Below, piece after piece: positions 1 to 7,642 of a stretch of DNA of 31,402 bases. The notes under the pieces were generated by a model. The model saw only the letters and a list, made by a program, of their open reading frames with translations, ran no database searches and was not told the origin of the DNA. The stretch's first letter is position 1; every line of letters begins with the position of its first letter. The translations under genes and the position numbers were made by a program. The stretch is from a virus (lineage: Duplodnaviria > Caudoviricetes), in IMG/VR virus record IMGVR_UViG_3300024309_000078, positions 1-31,402 of that record; one strand, written 5' to 3'.

Positions 1-654
1 TTACATTGCGAATGGGTCAACCAGCTTATTATAAAAGAACTTACCGCCAAGCTCTTTGAATGCCGCACTAACACGCTGTACGGTGCTTGGGTTCTTCTTG
101 GTTATCTTGGCAATGTCACGTACCGAAACACCTCTACCTTTCTCCTTTTGATTACGCTGTAGATACTTGATAATATCGGGGTGTTTTGCGCAAAGTTCTG
201 ACGGTGTAAACTTCGAACCCTTCTCACGCCCTTTGTACCGATTTTGCTCTTTTGCGAGACGAATCCCTTCGGCTTGACGCTCACGTAGCGTCTGAATTTC
301 CTGCACCGATATATTCACTAGCACTGTTACAACCATTGTAAATGCGGGGTTCTCTTTTCCATCAATAAGCGAATACATTCCAATATTATGCACGTAGATA
401 TTAACGCCCTTTTCGGTCATGTAAGTTATGGTGGTAATCACATCTAATAAATCTCTTCCCAATCTTGAAACCTCGTGGCAAGACACTTGCGTAATTAAAC
501 CCGCTTCAATGTCCTGCATTAACTGCTGGGCTTGCGGTCGGTCTTTAAACTTGGTCTTACCACTAACTATATCAACATATAATTTATCATTATCATTAAC
601 TTGACGCTCTATATGCTGGCTCTTATCCGAAATTCTAATATACTTAGCTATCAT
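1..654 (-). CDS. Small serine recombinase (resolvase/invertase family), probable integrase of the element
   Basis: N-terminal YIRISDKSQ with catalytic Ser, DRP and SRLGRD motifs, ERQAEGI..AK...RYKGR helix E and C-terminal HTH (SVRDIAKITKKNPSTVQRV); only 217 aa, no large-serine-recombinase domains. Confidence 0.92.
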   Translation of the reverse strand: MIAKYIRISDKSQHIERQVNDNDKLYVDIVSGKTKFKDRPQAQQLMQDIEAGLITQVSCHEVSRLGRDLLDVITTITYMTEKGVNIYVHNIGMYSLIDGKENPAFTMVVTVLVNISVQEIQTLRERQAEGIRLAKEQNRYKGREKGSKFTPSELCAKHPDIIKYLQRNQKEKGRGVSVRDIAKITKKNPSTVQRVSAAFKELGGKFFYNKLVDPFAM

Positions 655-684
655 AACTTTAAATATTAACTCTTTATATTAACA

Positions 685-692
685 CAAATATA
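685..692 (-). promoter_or_regulatory. Bacteroidota housekeeping -7 promoter element (TAnnTTTG) for the recombinase
   Basis: Minus strand TATATTTG about 30 bp upstream of the ATG at 654. Confidence 0.6.
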
Positions 693-709
693 TAAATAAT
701 TTCTATATC

Positions 710-737
710 GTAATAGGGTAAACCCTAATTTGATTAC
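710..737. promoter_or_regulatory. Palindromic site upstream of the recombinase (possible recombinase-binding/autoregulatory site)
   Basis: TAGGGT-AA-ACCCTA (714-727) flanked by GTAAT (710-714) and ATTAC (733-737), the same pentamers that form the att junction arms. Confidence 0.45.
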
Positions 738-1100
738 ATTTTACCACTTTATTAACTCGTCATTTTAACGGTTTTACTGGCGTTCCCAAAGTATGCTTTG
801 AATTGGTATTTTAAAGCATACAAAAGAAACGTTCTTTTACATGTGGATATTCCAGCCGAAAAAATTAAAGCGTTTGTTTATAAGGGTTTAAATCGATTAC
901 CTATAATGTGACGATAAATATTATAGATAAGAGATGTAAAAAAGTAAAAAAATGGGTGAAGAAAAAAAAATATTCTAAAAAAGTACGAAAGTTATTAACA
1001 TCAAATGTGTGTGCACTGTAAGCTGATACAAACGCCCCCATTTTAGATATAATATTATACCACATTGATAACAAAAAATCTGTTAAATATGAAAAATCAA

Positions 1101-1117
1101 TGTATATTTTATATACA
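1101..1117. promoter_or_regulatory. Palindromic operator-like site, copy 1
   Basis: TGTATAT-TTT-ATATACA, a perfect 7-3-7 palindrome; 1102-1117 is the exact reverse complement of 1497-1512. Confidence 0.55.
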
Positions 1118-1156
1118 AAATGTTAATAAGTACGGCACTTTACAAGATTTGAAGGC

Positions 1157-1187
1157 TTGCGTGAAATTTGAGAATAGATTAAATTTG
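1157..1187 (+). promoter_or_regulatory. Bacteroidota sigma-A promoter (-33/-7) for the two-peptide transcript
   Basis: TTG at 1157-1159, 20-nt spacer, TAAATTTG at 1180-1187. Confidence 0.7.
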
Positions 1188-1253
1188 TCTTCAAACAAGA
1201 AAGCCCTGCTTGCAATTACAAGAGGGCTAATTTAAAACTTTAAAATCAAGATT

Positions 1254-1337
1254 ATGAAAACAACTCAAAAATCATTTAAGACCAGTGAAGGTCGCTTTCA
1301 CAAACTTTGTAAAAAACTTAAACCACCATCACAATGA
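1254..1337 (+). CDS. 27-aa basic peptide (MKTTQKSFKTSEGRFHKLCKKLKPPSQ), possible leader/coupling ORF
   Basis: ATG after an A-rich Bacteroidota-style initiation region; its stop overlaps the next start (ATGA at 1334-1337). Below the ORF-track cutoff. Confidence 0.5.
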   Translation: MKTTQKSFKTSEGRFHKLCKKLKPPSQ

Positions 1338-1429
1338 AAAGTGAAGATGAAAAAAAGTTCAAAGACATTCTAATCGAAATAATGACGGCCATCATTATTG
1401 AATGGATTAGAATAAAATTCTTTAATTAA
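1334..1429 (+). CDS. 31-aa peptide with hydrophobic C-terminal half (MKSEDEKKFKDILIEIMTAIIIEWIRIKFFN), candidate type I toxin-like membrane peptide
   Basis: Translationally coupled to the upstream ORF and followed directly by a terminator hairpin. Confidence 0.55.
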   Translation: MKSEDEKKFKDILIEIMTAIIIEWIRIKFFN

Positions 1430-1437
1430 TTTCTTTT

Positions 1438-1472
1438 GAGACGTAATCTTTTTTAGGTTACGTTTCTTATTT
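1438..1472 (+). terminator. Intrinsic terminator of the peptide transcript
   Basis: GAGACGTAATCT-TTTTT-AGGTTACGTTTC stem (with G-U pairs) followed by TTATTT. Confidence 0.6.
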
Positions 1473-1492
1473 ATAGCCATTTAGAGATTTTC

Positions 1493-1524
1493 CAAATGTA
1501 TATAAAATATACTTTGCAAATATA
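1493..1524 (-). promoter_or_regulatory. Leftward -7 elements overlapped by operator copy 2
   Basis: Minus strand TACATTTG (1493-1500) and TATATTTG (1517-1524); TGTATAT-AAA-ATATACT at 1497-1513. Confidence 0.5.
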
Positions 1525-1595
1525 CAAACTCCCGTGCACCTTGCAAGTAAATTATGCAAAAATGTTAAATGAAATATGAAAAACCTTGAAATATA

Positions 1596-1964
1596 TCAGT
1601 GTGAATCGTACCATCTAGATAGTAAACGTGCTATAATTTGAGCTCCCGTTTCGCCTGTTAACGGTGATGGATTGATTTGATTTAAAACCTGTTCTTTCAG
1701 TCCTGACATTGGAAATCCGAAAAACCGATTGCTTGTATAATACTCAGTAACACCAAATTTCAAATAAAAAACATCTTCACCATCAACAACATATTTGGTA
1801 ACGTTGTCTTTGTATTGGTCTATCAATTTATCCAGCTCGTTTTTGTCATGTGGAATTACGCCAGCGTGAAATATCACATCAATCCGACTTTTGCATTCGA
1901 GCAAATAAACCATTCTTTCAAAACTTGTAACTACTGCATTAAAGCTATATTTTTCATCTTTCAT
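1596..1964 (-). CDS. Hypothetical protein (122 aa)
   Basis: Clean ORF with its own TAATTTTG -7 element (1982-1989, minus strand). Confidence 0.75.
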   Translation of the reverse strand: MKDEKYSFNAVVTSFERMVYLLECKSRIDVIFHAGVIPHDKNELDKLIDQYKDNVTKYVVDGEDVFYLKFGVTEYYTSNRFFGFPMSGLKEQVLNQINPSPLTGETGAQIIARLLSRWYDSH

Positions 1965-2062
1965 AGTATTATTATTTGCTACAAAATTATTTTATTGATA
2001 TGGCTTGGTGATGTTGTTTTCTGTTCCGAATTGTAACTAAATCACTCATACAGGTCATTACG

Positions 2063-2371
2063 TTACCCTTTAGGTCTTTTTCTCAATTCTTTTAGTTCTT
2101 TGTTATTCTCGTCAAATTTGATTTGTAACGCTTGCAAAATGTGGCGTTTATGATGCTTACCTGAATCTTTGAAATTTAGTTCCAGTTCACAAGTTTCATC
2201 AATACCGAAAACTAATTCTGCCCTACCATCTGTGCCAATTTTAAACTTAGGATTAAGGTTAGCTTTTAGGTTTTGCGCTATCCAAGTGGGCTGATACTTT
2301 TTTGTTGCTTCTACTGCACTTAAAATGTCTTTCAAATAATCTTTCAATACTTTGGTTTCATTAGTTTCCAT
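2063..2371 (-). CDS. Hypothetical protein (102 aa)
   Basis: Clean ORF, ATG start, co-oriented with neighbours. Confidence 0.75.
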   Translation of the reverse strand: METNETKVLKDYLKDILSAVEATKKYQPTWIAQNLKANLNPKFKIGTDGRAELVFGIDETCELELNFKDSGKHHKRHILQALQIKFDENNKELKELRKRPKG

Positions 2372-2402
2372 ATTTTGATATAAGATTAAAATGGTTCAAG
2401 AC

Positions 2403-2429
2403 AAAAAAAGACCCATGTGGGTCTTTTTT
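2403..2429. terminator. Bidirectional intrinsic terminator
   Basis: AAAAAAAGACCCA-TG-TGGGTCTTTTTT. Confidence 0.8.
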
Positions 2430-2440
2430 GAGACTAATTT

Positions 2441-2908
2441 TTAAAAATTAAATAAGGTGTAGTCTTCACCTTTTACTATTTCTTTAGTGACGATTGTTGT
2501 ATTGTTCATTATGAAACTGTCGAGAGCTGACTGTTGAAAGTCGCTATCTTTTGTGTAGACCTTGATTTGATTCAATTCAGCATTATTTAAAGAATTTAAA
2601 TCTTTAACACGTACAAAATTTTTATTCCATACGTCCTCAATTATACTATATTTCAAAATTGCAGCATTACAAGCATCTACTACTGTTTGGTGTGTTGCTT
2701 GTTCTAGTGAAACGTTTGCACTTTGGGTATTGTAGAAAAATGCATCTTTACCATCAATATACAAATAGTCATCGCCGTCTACTTTTAGTATTTTTTTATC
2801 TGCATCAATTACAATAAAGCCCTCTAAGTTCAAGTAGTTTATATGTGGTTTGATAATGTTGTGTAACTCATTCTTTATTGTCGGCATGTCTTTTGGCAAA
2901 TTGCTCAT
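2441..2908 (-). CDS. Hypothetical protein (155 aa), stand-alone moron-like unit
   Basis: Own TAATTTTG -7 element (2933-2940, minus) and its own downstream terminator. Confidence 0.78.
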   Translation of the reverse strand: MSNLPKDMPTIKNELHNIIKPHINYLNLEGFIVIDADKKILKVDGDDYLYIDGKDAFFYNTQSANVSLEQATHQTVVDACNAAILKYSIIEDVWNKNFVRVKDLNSLNNAELNQIKVYTKDSDFQQSALDSFIMNNTTIVTKEIVKGEDYTLFNF

Positions 2909-2977
2909 AGTTGATTATTTGTTAGTTTTCTGCAAAATTACATTATTTTGTAAGAACATTAGGGTGTATTTTGCCAA

Positions 2978-3859
2978 CTATTTTACACCATCTAAAATAT
3001 GAGCGATGACATCAATAGTAAAACCATTACCTAGCATATTATATCTTTGGGTATCAGATGCACCAGCAGTGTAGTTATCAGGCACATTCTGCAATCTTTC
3101 GTATTCCAATGGGGTAAGCTTTCTACACCTGCCATTATCAAATACTTTCTTTTGCTGATTTCCGCCACTAACACACGTTAGCGTTCCACACTTTCCATTT
3201 TGATTATAAACCCGTTTTAAGATGTCGTGACCGTTGATATTTAATGTTGCTTGGATTTTCTCATTATCACCGTTGTAAGTGTGTGATTGGCTGTAATAGT
3301 ATTTTTCATGTACGTTGCTTTCAATCACATCTTTTAGAACCACGCCCCTATCTGCTGGTTGGGTGATGCTAGGAATATTTGACCAGTAATAACGCTCTCG
3401 GTCTTGTGCAGTGGTCAGATTGCTATTAATTTTGATTGGTTGAACTTCCAACGCTTCGCTTATTATATCTCGGTTGGTGATTGTCATAGATGCGACGTTC
3501 TCAAATAAGAAATATTTTGGTTTAACTTCCTGCAATACTCTTAGATATTCGTAGAATAGTTTTGATTTAGCACCAGCAAGCCCACCGTTATGCTTGATGT
3601 TGTTTATTACTGAAATGCTTAGATTCTGACAAGGAGACCCACCAACCAGCAAAGAGATTCCTGGCAATTCAATTGTATTTATCTTGGTGATGTCACCCAA
3701 TTGGATTGTGTTGGGATAGTTGTTTTGTGTTACTTGGATTGCGTTTTTATCAATCTCACTTGCGTAATAGTTGGTGTAGTTTATTCCTGCTTTGTTTAGC
3801 GCTAATTGGGTACAGCTGATTCCATCAAATAAACTAAGAACGTTGAAGTTGTTTAACAT
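2978..3859 (-). CDS. DNA (cytosine-5)-methyltransferase, orphan
   Basis: Motif I LSLFDGIS, catalytic GGSPCQN, ENV, Q.RER, R.LTP.E.ERLQ and motif X LGNGF. Confidence 0.95.
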   Translation of the reverse strand: MLNNFNVLSLFDGISCTQLALNKAGINYTNYYASEIDKNAIQVTQNNYPNTIQLGDITKINTIELPGISLLVGGSPCQNLSISVINNIKHNGGLAGAKSKLFYEYLRVLQEVKPKYFLFENVASMTITNRDIISEALEVQPIKINSNLTTAQDRERYYWSNIPSITQPADRGVVLKDVIESNVHEKYYYSQSHTYNGDNEKIQATLNINGHDILKRVYNQNGKCGTLTCVSGGNQQKKVFDNGRCRKLTPLEYERLQNVPDNYTAGASDTQRYNMLGNGFTIDVIAHILDGVK

Positions 3860-4189
3860 ATTTATTTTTGAAATAAATATGCTTCCACTATGGATTAAAG
3901 TAAATGGCTCAATACTTCAATTGGAGTGTTTTAAGACCTACTTTGTGTTAGTTGGTATCCTTTGTGTTTTTCAACTTATTTTGCTTTAAAATGGTTTATT
4001 TGATGTTTTGGCTGGCACTTGTTCCCGTAGGGCAATTGGGTTGGCTTCGCCCTGCTTAACTGTTGGTGTATTGTTTATATTCTTTGTGCTTTTGTTTTGG
4101 GCTTCGCCAATATCGTTGGTATAGTTTTTTATTTCTTTGAGTTGATAGATATTTTAATCAAAGTGAAAAATAAGTCAAAAATAAAATTA

Positions 4190-4298
4190 CACCAATTAGT
4201 TAACTTATTAGTTTCATTATTTTTATTATCTTCTATTGTTTTATTCATTCTTTATTATTTATCTTATTTATTATCTAATCATTATCTACTAATGAAGG
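4190..4298. other. AT-rich unwinding element of the putative replication origin
   Basis: Strand-biased TTAT/TTATC-rich tract directly abutting the iteron array. Confidence 0.6.
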
Positions 4299-4430
4299 CT
4301 CGATTCTGAACCTACCCCGTATCGAATTTGAACCTACCCCATAGCAAATATGAACCTACCTCATCTCGATTCTGAACCTACCCCGTAGCAAATATGAACC
4401 TACCCCGTATTGATTCCGAACCTATCCAAC
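4299..4430. repeat. Six tandem 22-bp iterons (putative replication origin)
   Basis: Core (T/C)GAACCTA starts at 4307, 4329, 4351, 4373, 4395 and 4417, an exact 22-bp period; units 1 and 4 are identical (CTCGATTCTGAACCTACCCCGT). Confidence 0.9.
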
Positions 4431-4652
4431 TTCAACAAAATTCTTACAACCAAAGATTGGTTACCTTGAAATTTCGTCGTATTTTTATGAAAATGGTCGT
4501 TTTCGAAAAATAATATTTATTTTTTTTCAAAAAGCACGATATTTAATATAAAGAATCAACTTTTAAAAATTTGGGTTTCCAGCGGGTTTGCAACCGCTGG
4601 TTCTGTTAACCCACCAAAAAAACAGATAACAAAAGACAGTATTAACAATTAA

Positions 4653-5396
4653 ATGAAATCAGTATTTTCAAAAAACAAAGAATTAACATTCACAAAAAAC
4701 TTCCCTTTAATCTTAGCATCAACCAAATTAAATGCTATAGAAAAACTAATAATCGCTAGAGTCCTAAACTGGCAATCCAACGATTTAAAATGTAATCTAT
4801 CCAATGCGATGCTGGCTCAAGAGCTGGGTATATCAGTATCACAAATCAAAAGAGTAGTTACCAATCTGAACAAATTACCCTTTTTCAATTCACAAGAAAC
4901 GAGTCGCTTCAACGAGTATGGTAAATGGATAAACTCAAAAGAAATGGTTATCGATGAAATCAAACTATTTGATTTTGTTAACCAAGATTTGAAACCAAAC
5001 GCTGAAACAAAACCAATCCCAATGCCTGAGATTGAAACACCAATTATTGAAAGCGAACCTGAGCAAGAACCAAATGAACCAGTTAACGAAAATTTTACTG
5101 GCGAATCTGGTAATCTGCTTGAAACCGAAAGCGAACCAAAACAAGATATTGAAGAACCTTTTAGTATTGACGATGATTGTGATGATGATACCAACGAAAC
5201 CGAAGAACAGGAACAAACATTTTTTGAATTAAATAATGGAACTAAGGTAATTGTTCCTATTGAATACCAAGACCGCTGGCACTTGGTCAGCCCCGAATTC
5301 AAAAAGGAATGTGCCGATAATAAAAACCAATACTTTTTTGATTTCTTTCTATCCAATGAAGAAAACGAGATTAACGCTATTGCAACCACCAAATAA
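4653..5396 (+). CDS. HTH-domain protein, putative replication initiator
   Basis: N-terminal winged-HTH-like segment (LNAIEKLIIA...SNAMLAQELGISVSQIKRVVTNL), acidic linker, immediately downstream of the iterons. Confidence 0.7.
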   Translation: MKSVFSKNKELTFTKNFPLILASTKLNAIEKLIIARVLNWQSNDLKCNLSNAMLAQELGISVSQIKRVVTNLNKLPFFNSQETSRFNEYGKWINSKEMVIDEIKLFDFVNQDLKPNAETKPIPMPEIETPIIESEPEQEPNEPVNENFTGESGNLLETESEPKQDIEEPFSIDDDCDDDTNETEEQEQTFFELNNGTKVIVPIEYQDRWHLVSPEFKKECADNKNQYFFDFFLSNEENEINAIATTK

Positions 5397-5422
5397 CAAA
5401 AAATAGAATTTTAAGATGTCAA

Positions 5423-5743
5423 ATGACCAAAAGAAGATTTAACCAAAACCAATTAGTAACCTATGTCAAAAATGAATATGACAAAACTATCTTAATCAGA
5501 TATTACAAGAATATGATAACAATGTCATTTGAACCTGATATTGTTTACAAATACAAATTTAAAAACAACAACTGCATCGAGAACAAATACATCAAAGGTG
5601 CGCTTGTAGCTTGCCGAATATTCGAGGGCAAAAGCCGAGATATTTTAATTGCTGAGATTCAAGCAGACCACGCTTACCCAACGAGACAACAAAAGCAGAT
5701 AACATTTTTTGAAGCCCTGCGTTCATTCTTTGGTTCAAACTAA
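5423..5743 (+). CDS. Hypothetical protein (106 aa)
   Basis: Follows the Rep-like gene by 26 bp and ends at a terminator. Confidence 0.7.
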   Translation: MTKRRFNQNQLVTYVKNEYDKTILIRYYKNMITMSFEPDIVYKYKFKNNNCIENKYIKGALVACRIFEGKSRDILIAEIQADHAYPTRQQKQITFFEALRSFFGSN

Positions 5744-5744
5744 T

Positions 5745-5790
5745 AAAAAAACCCCGTTCATGTGAATGAAACGGGGTTAATTGTTTTACT
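5745..5790. terminator. Terminator between convergent genes
   Basis: AACCCCGTTCA...TGAAACGGGGTT stem with A-tract on the left. Confidence 0.7.
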
Positions 5791-5801
5791 GTTTGGTTAA
5801 T

Positions 5802-6566
5802 TTACTGCGCTGAGTTTGCCTGTTGATGGTCTAATTTTCTTTTTAATATTTGGTTAAATTGTTCTTCACTCAATACACCACGCTCTTTAAAATCTATTCC
5901 CGACAAATCGTGTTCAAGATTTGACTCAACCCACATGCAATAGTAACCATTACCCATTATATTATTTTTCATATTTTCCTCAGCGATTTGCTTCAAATAT
6001 TCTACTTCATCATTAGTTAACAGAACTAAACTTGTATACGGATTTTCAACCTCTGTAAACACAATACAAATAATTCTTAAACCAGCTTCTCTAATTTCTT
6101 TTTCTTTTTCACTTTCAATATACATTGGATAATCAATCCATTCACCATTATTATAAACCTCTGCCTTAATCCAGTTTTCTCTCGTTATAGGTTCAAGACT
6201 TCCAAACCACTCTTTTGGATTACCGCCCATTTTAATACCGCTATTCTCCATTTCCTTAGCAAATCTTAAATTCATATTTGCAAGATGTTTTATCTTTCCC
6301 CAATTAGTTAGACCAATTGGTCTAACTTGAATTCTTGCTAATCCGAATACTTCAATTTGCTCATCAAATGTTAATGGAGTATATACCCCGTTTTCATCCA
6401 TCTTACCTTTTATTGCCGTCGGTTCAAAATTTTCATTAGTTGATACCCAAGCGCATGCTTTTTCTTTCGGGCTAGCAACTGATGCAGTAGCTAAATTGAT
6501 TTGTCCACTTTTAACAATTTCTTCAATTCTGATAGCTGGTGTATAATGGTAGTATTTTAATTCCAT
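5802..6566 (-). CDS. Putative ADP-ribosyltransferase-fold protein with extra C-terminal domain
   Basis: N-terminal YYHYT...IVKSGQI followed by AWVST resembles strand 1 and strand 2 of His-type ART domains. Confidence 0.45.
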   Translation of the reverse strand: MELKYYHYTPAIRIEEIVKSGQINLATASVASPKEKACAWVSTNENFEPTAIKGKMDENGVYTPLTFDEQIEVFGLARIQVRPIGLTNWGKIKHLANMNLRFAKEMENSGIKMGGNPKEWFGSLEPITRENWIKAEVYNNGEWIDYPMYIESEKEKEIREAGLRIICIVFTEVENPYTSLVLLTNDEVEYLKQIAEENMKNNIMGNGYYCMWVESNLEHDLSGIDFKERGVLSEEQFNQILKRKLDHQQANSAQ

Positions 6567-6588
6567 AAATTTATAATTGGTATGTATG

Positions 6589-7038
6589 TTATTTTTTTTT
6601 AGCTGATGCCTGTTTATTTTCTTTTTTGATAAAAATGACTGGAAATGCTACACGCCCCGTAGGTTTGTTTTTTTCGTCAAGGTCTTCGAGTGCGTCGCCC
6701 AATTCAAACTTGTTGAGATACTTTTCATTACCTCCTAACTCAGTCCATAACTGGGAATGATTAAGACGTGAAAAACTTTTATTTAAACCAAGTTTTGTTA
6801 ATGGATAACCTAAGGGGTCGTCACTATCTGTTTTGTAGAGAAAAATATGTTTATCATACTTCAGATAAGCTACCTTATCACCAAGTTCAACGCCAAGTTG
6901 CTCTTTGACGTAGTTGCTTAATTTAATTGCATTCCTAGTTGATAGTGTATATAAACCTTTATCAACGTCTTTAATTGTGTTTCTTACTGGTTCGGGGCTA
7001 TATGCTTCTATTATTTCCCCATTGAATTTAAAACGCAT
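6589..7038 (-). CDS. Hypothetical protein (149 aa)
   Basis: Clean ORF; TATATTTG -7 element at 7066-7073 (minus); 22 bp upstream of the ART-like gene. Confidence 0.75.
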   Translation of the reverse strand: MRFKFNGEIIEAYSPEPVRNTIKDVDKGLYTLSTRNAIKLSNYVKEQLGVELGDKVAYLKYDKHIFLYKTDSDDPLGYPLTKLGLNKSFSRLNHSQLWTELGGNEKYLNKFELGDALEDLDEKNKPTGRVAFPVIFIKKENKQASAKKK

Positions 7039-7159
7039 AACATTAATTTATTCGGTTAATCAAAGCAAATATAAATTATTTCTATCATTAACACATAATA
7101 TTAATTCTACTATTTAGCTTTTTTACTTTCAGTATATATTTATCTAAAACAGAATAAAT

Positions 7160-7642
7160 ATGACAAAGCAAGAAATAACAGAAATGAACGAACAAATTGG
7201 GCGCATCCAATTTATAAACTACACATCGACCCAGCAACCTGATTGGGACATTAAAAAATTTTCAAAAGATTTATACTCTAGTTACGATGTAGCTTACACT
7301 ACAGGTACTACCAAAGATTTTGTAATTGGAGAGATTAAGTATAGAAAAGGGTACAATTCAAATGCATTTGATAATTGGCTACTGGAACAAAGCAAATACA
7401 AAGTCTTACAAGATTTAAAGAAAGAGACCCAATTAAAGCACCCTGACAAAAACATCTTCATTCACTACATCAATTTTTATCCTGATAAACCCGACCAGCC
7501 ACGTATTTGGGACATTACAAATTTAGATAATGAATTTAAAACCCTAGAGCTACCTAGCAATTCCAATACCGCAACATCTTATGAAAGAGATACGCAAGCA
7601 AGATACTTGCACAATAACGATACCATTAACCCTAAATTTTAA
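7160..7642 (+). CDS. PD-(D/E)xK-fold nuclease-like protein
   Basis: YDVAY...VIGEIKYR pattern (D...ExK) followed by WLLEQSKY. Confidence 0.6.
   Translation: MTKQEITEMNEQIGRIQFINYTSTQQPDWDIKKFSKDLYSSYDVAYTTGTTKDFVIGEIKYRKGYNSNAFDNWLLEQSKYKVLQDLKKETQLKHPDKNIFIHYINFYPDKPDQPRIWDITNLDNEFKTLELPSNSNTATSYERDTQARYLHNNDTINPKF

Noticed and set aside
1101-1117. E. coli-type LexA SOS box
   Set aside because: Lacks the CTG/CAG ends and has the wrong spacing for CTGT-N8-ACAG.
4097-4309. 70-aa hydrophobic ORF as a membrane protein
   Set aside because: TTG start; the hydrophobicity derives from the T-rich origin tract and the ORF runs into the iterons.
4299-4430. CRISPR-like array
   Set aside because: Repeats are contiguous at a 22-bp period with no unique spacers and no cas genes; this fits iterons.
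1-5800. Free phage-plasmid (resolvase, iteron origin, TA-like module, no classical integrase)
   Set aside because: The right end carries a truncated host comM and an att-like dyad, indicating chromosomal integration; no ParA/ParB is visible.
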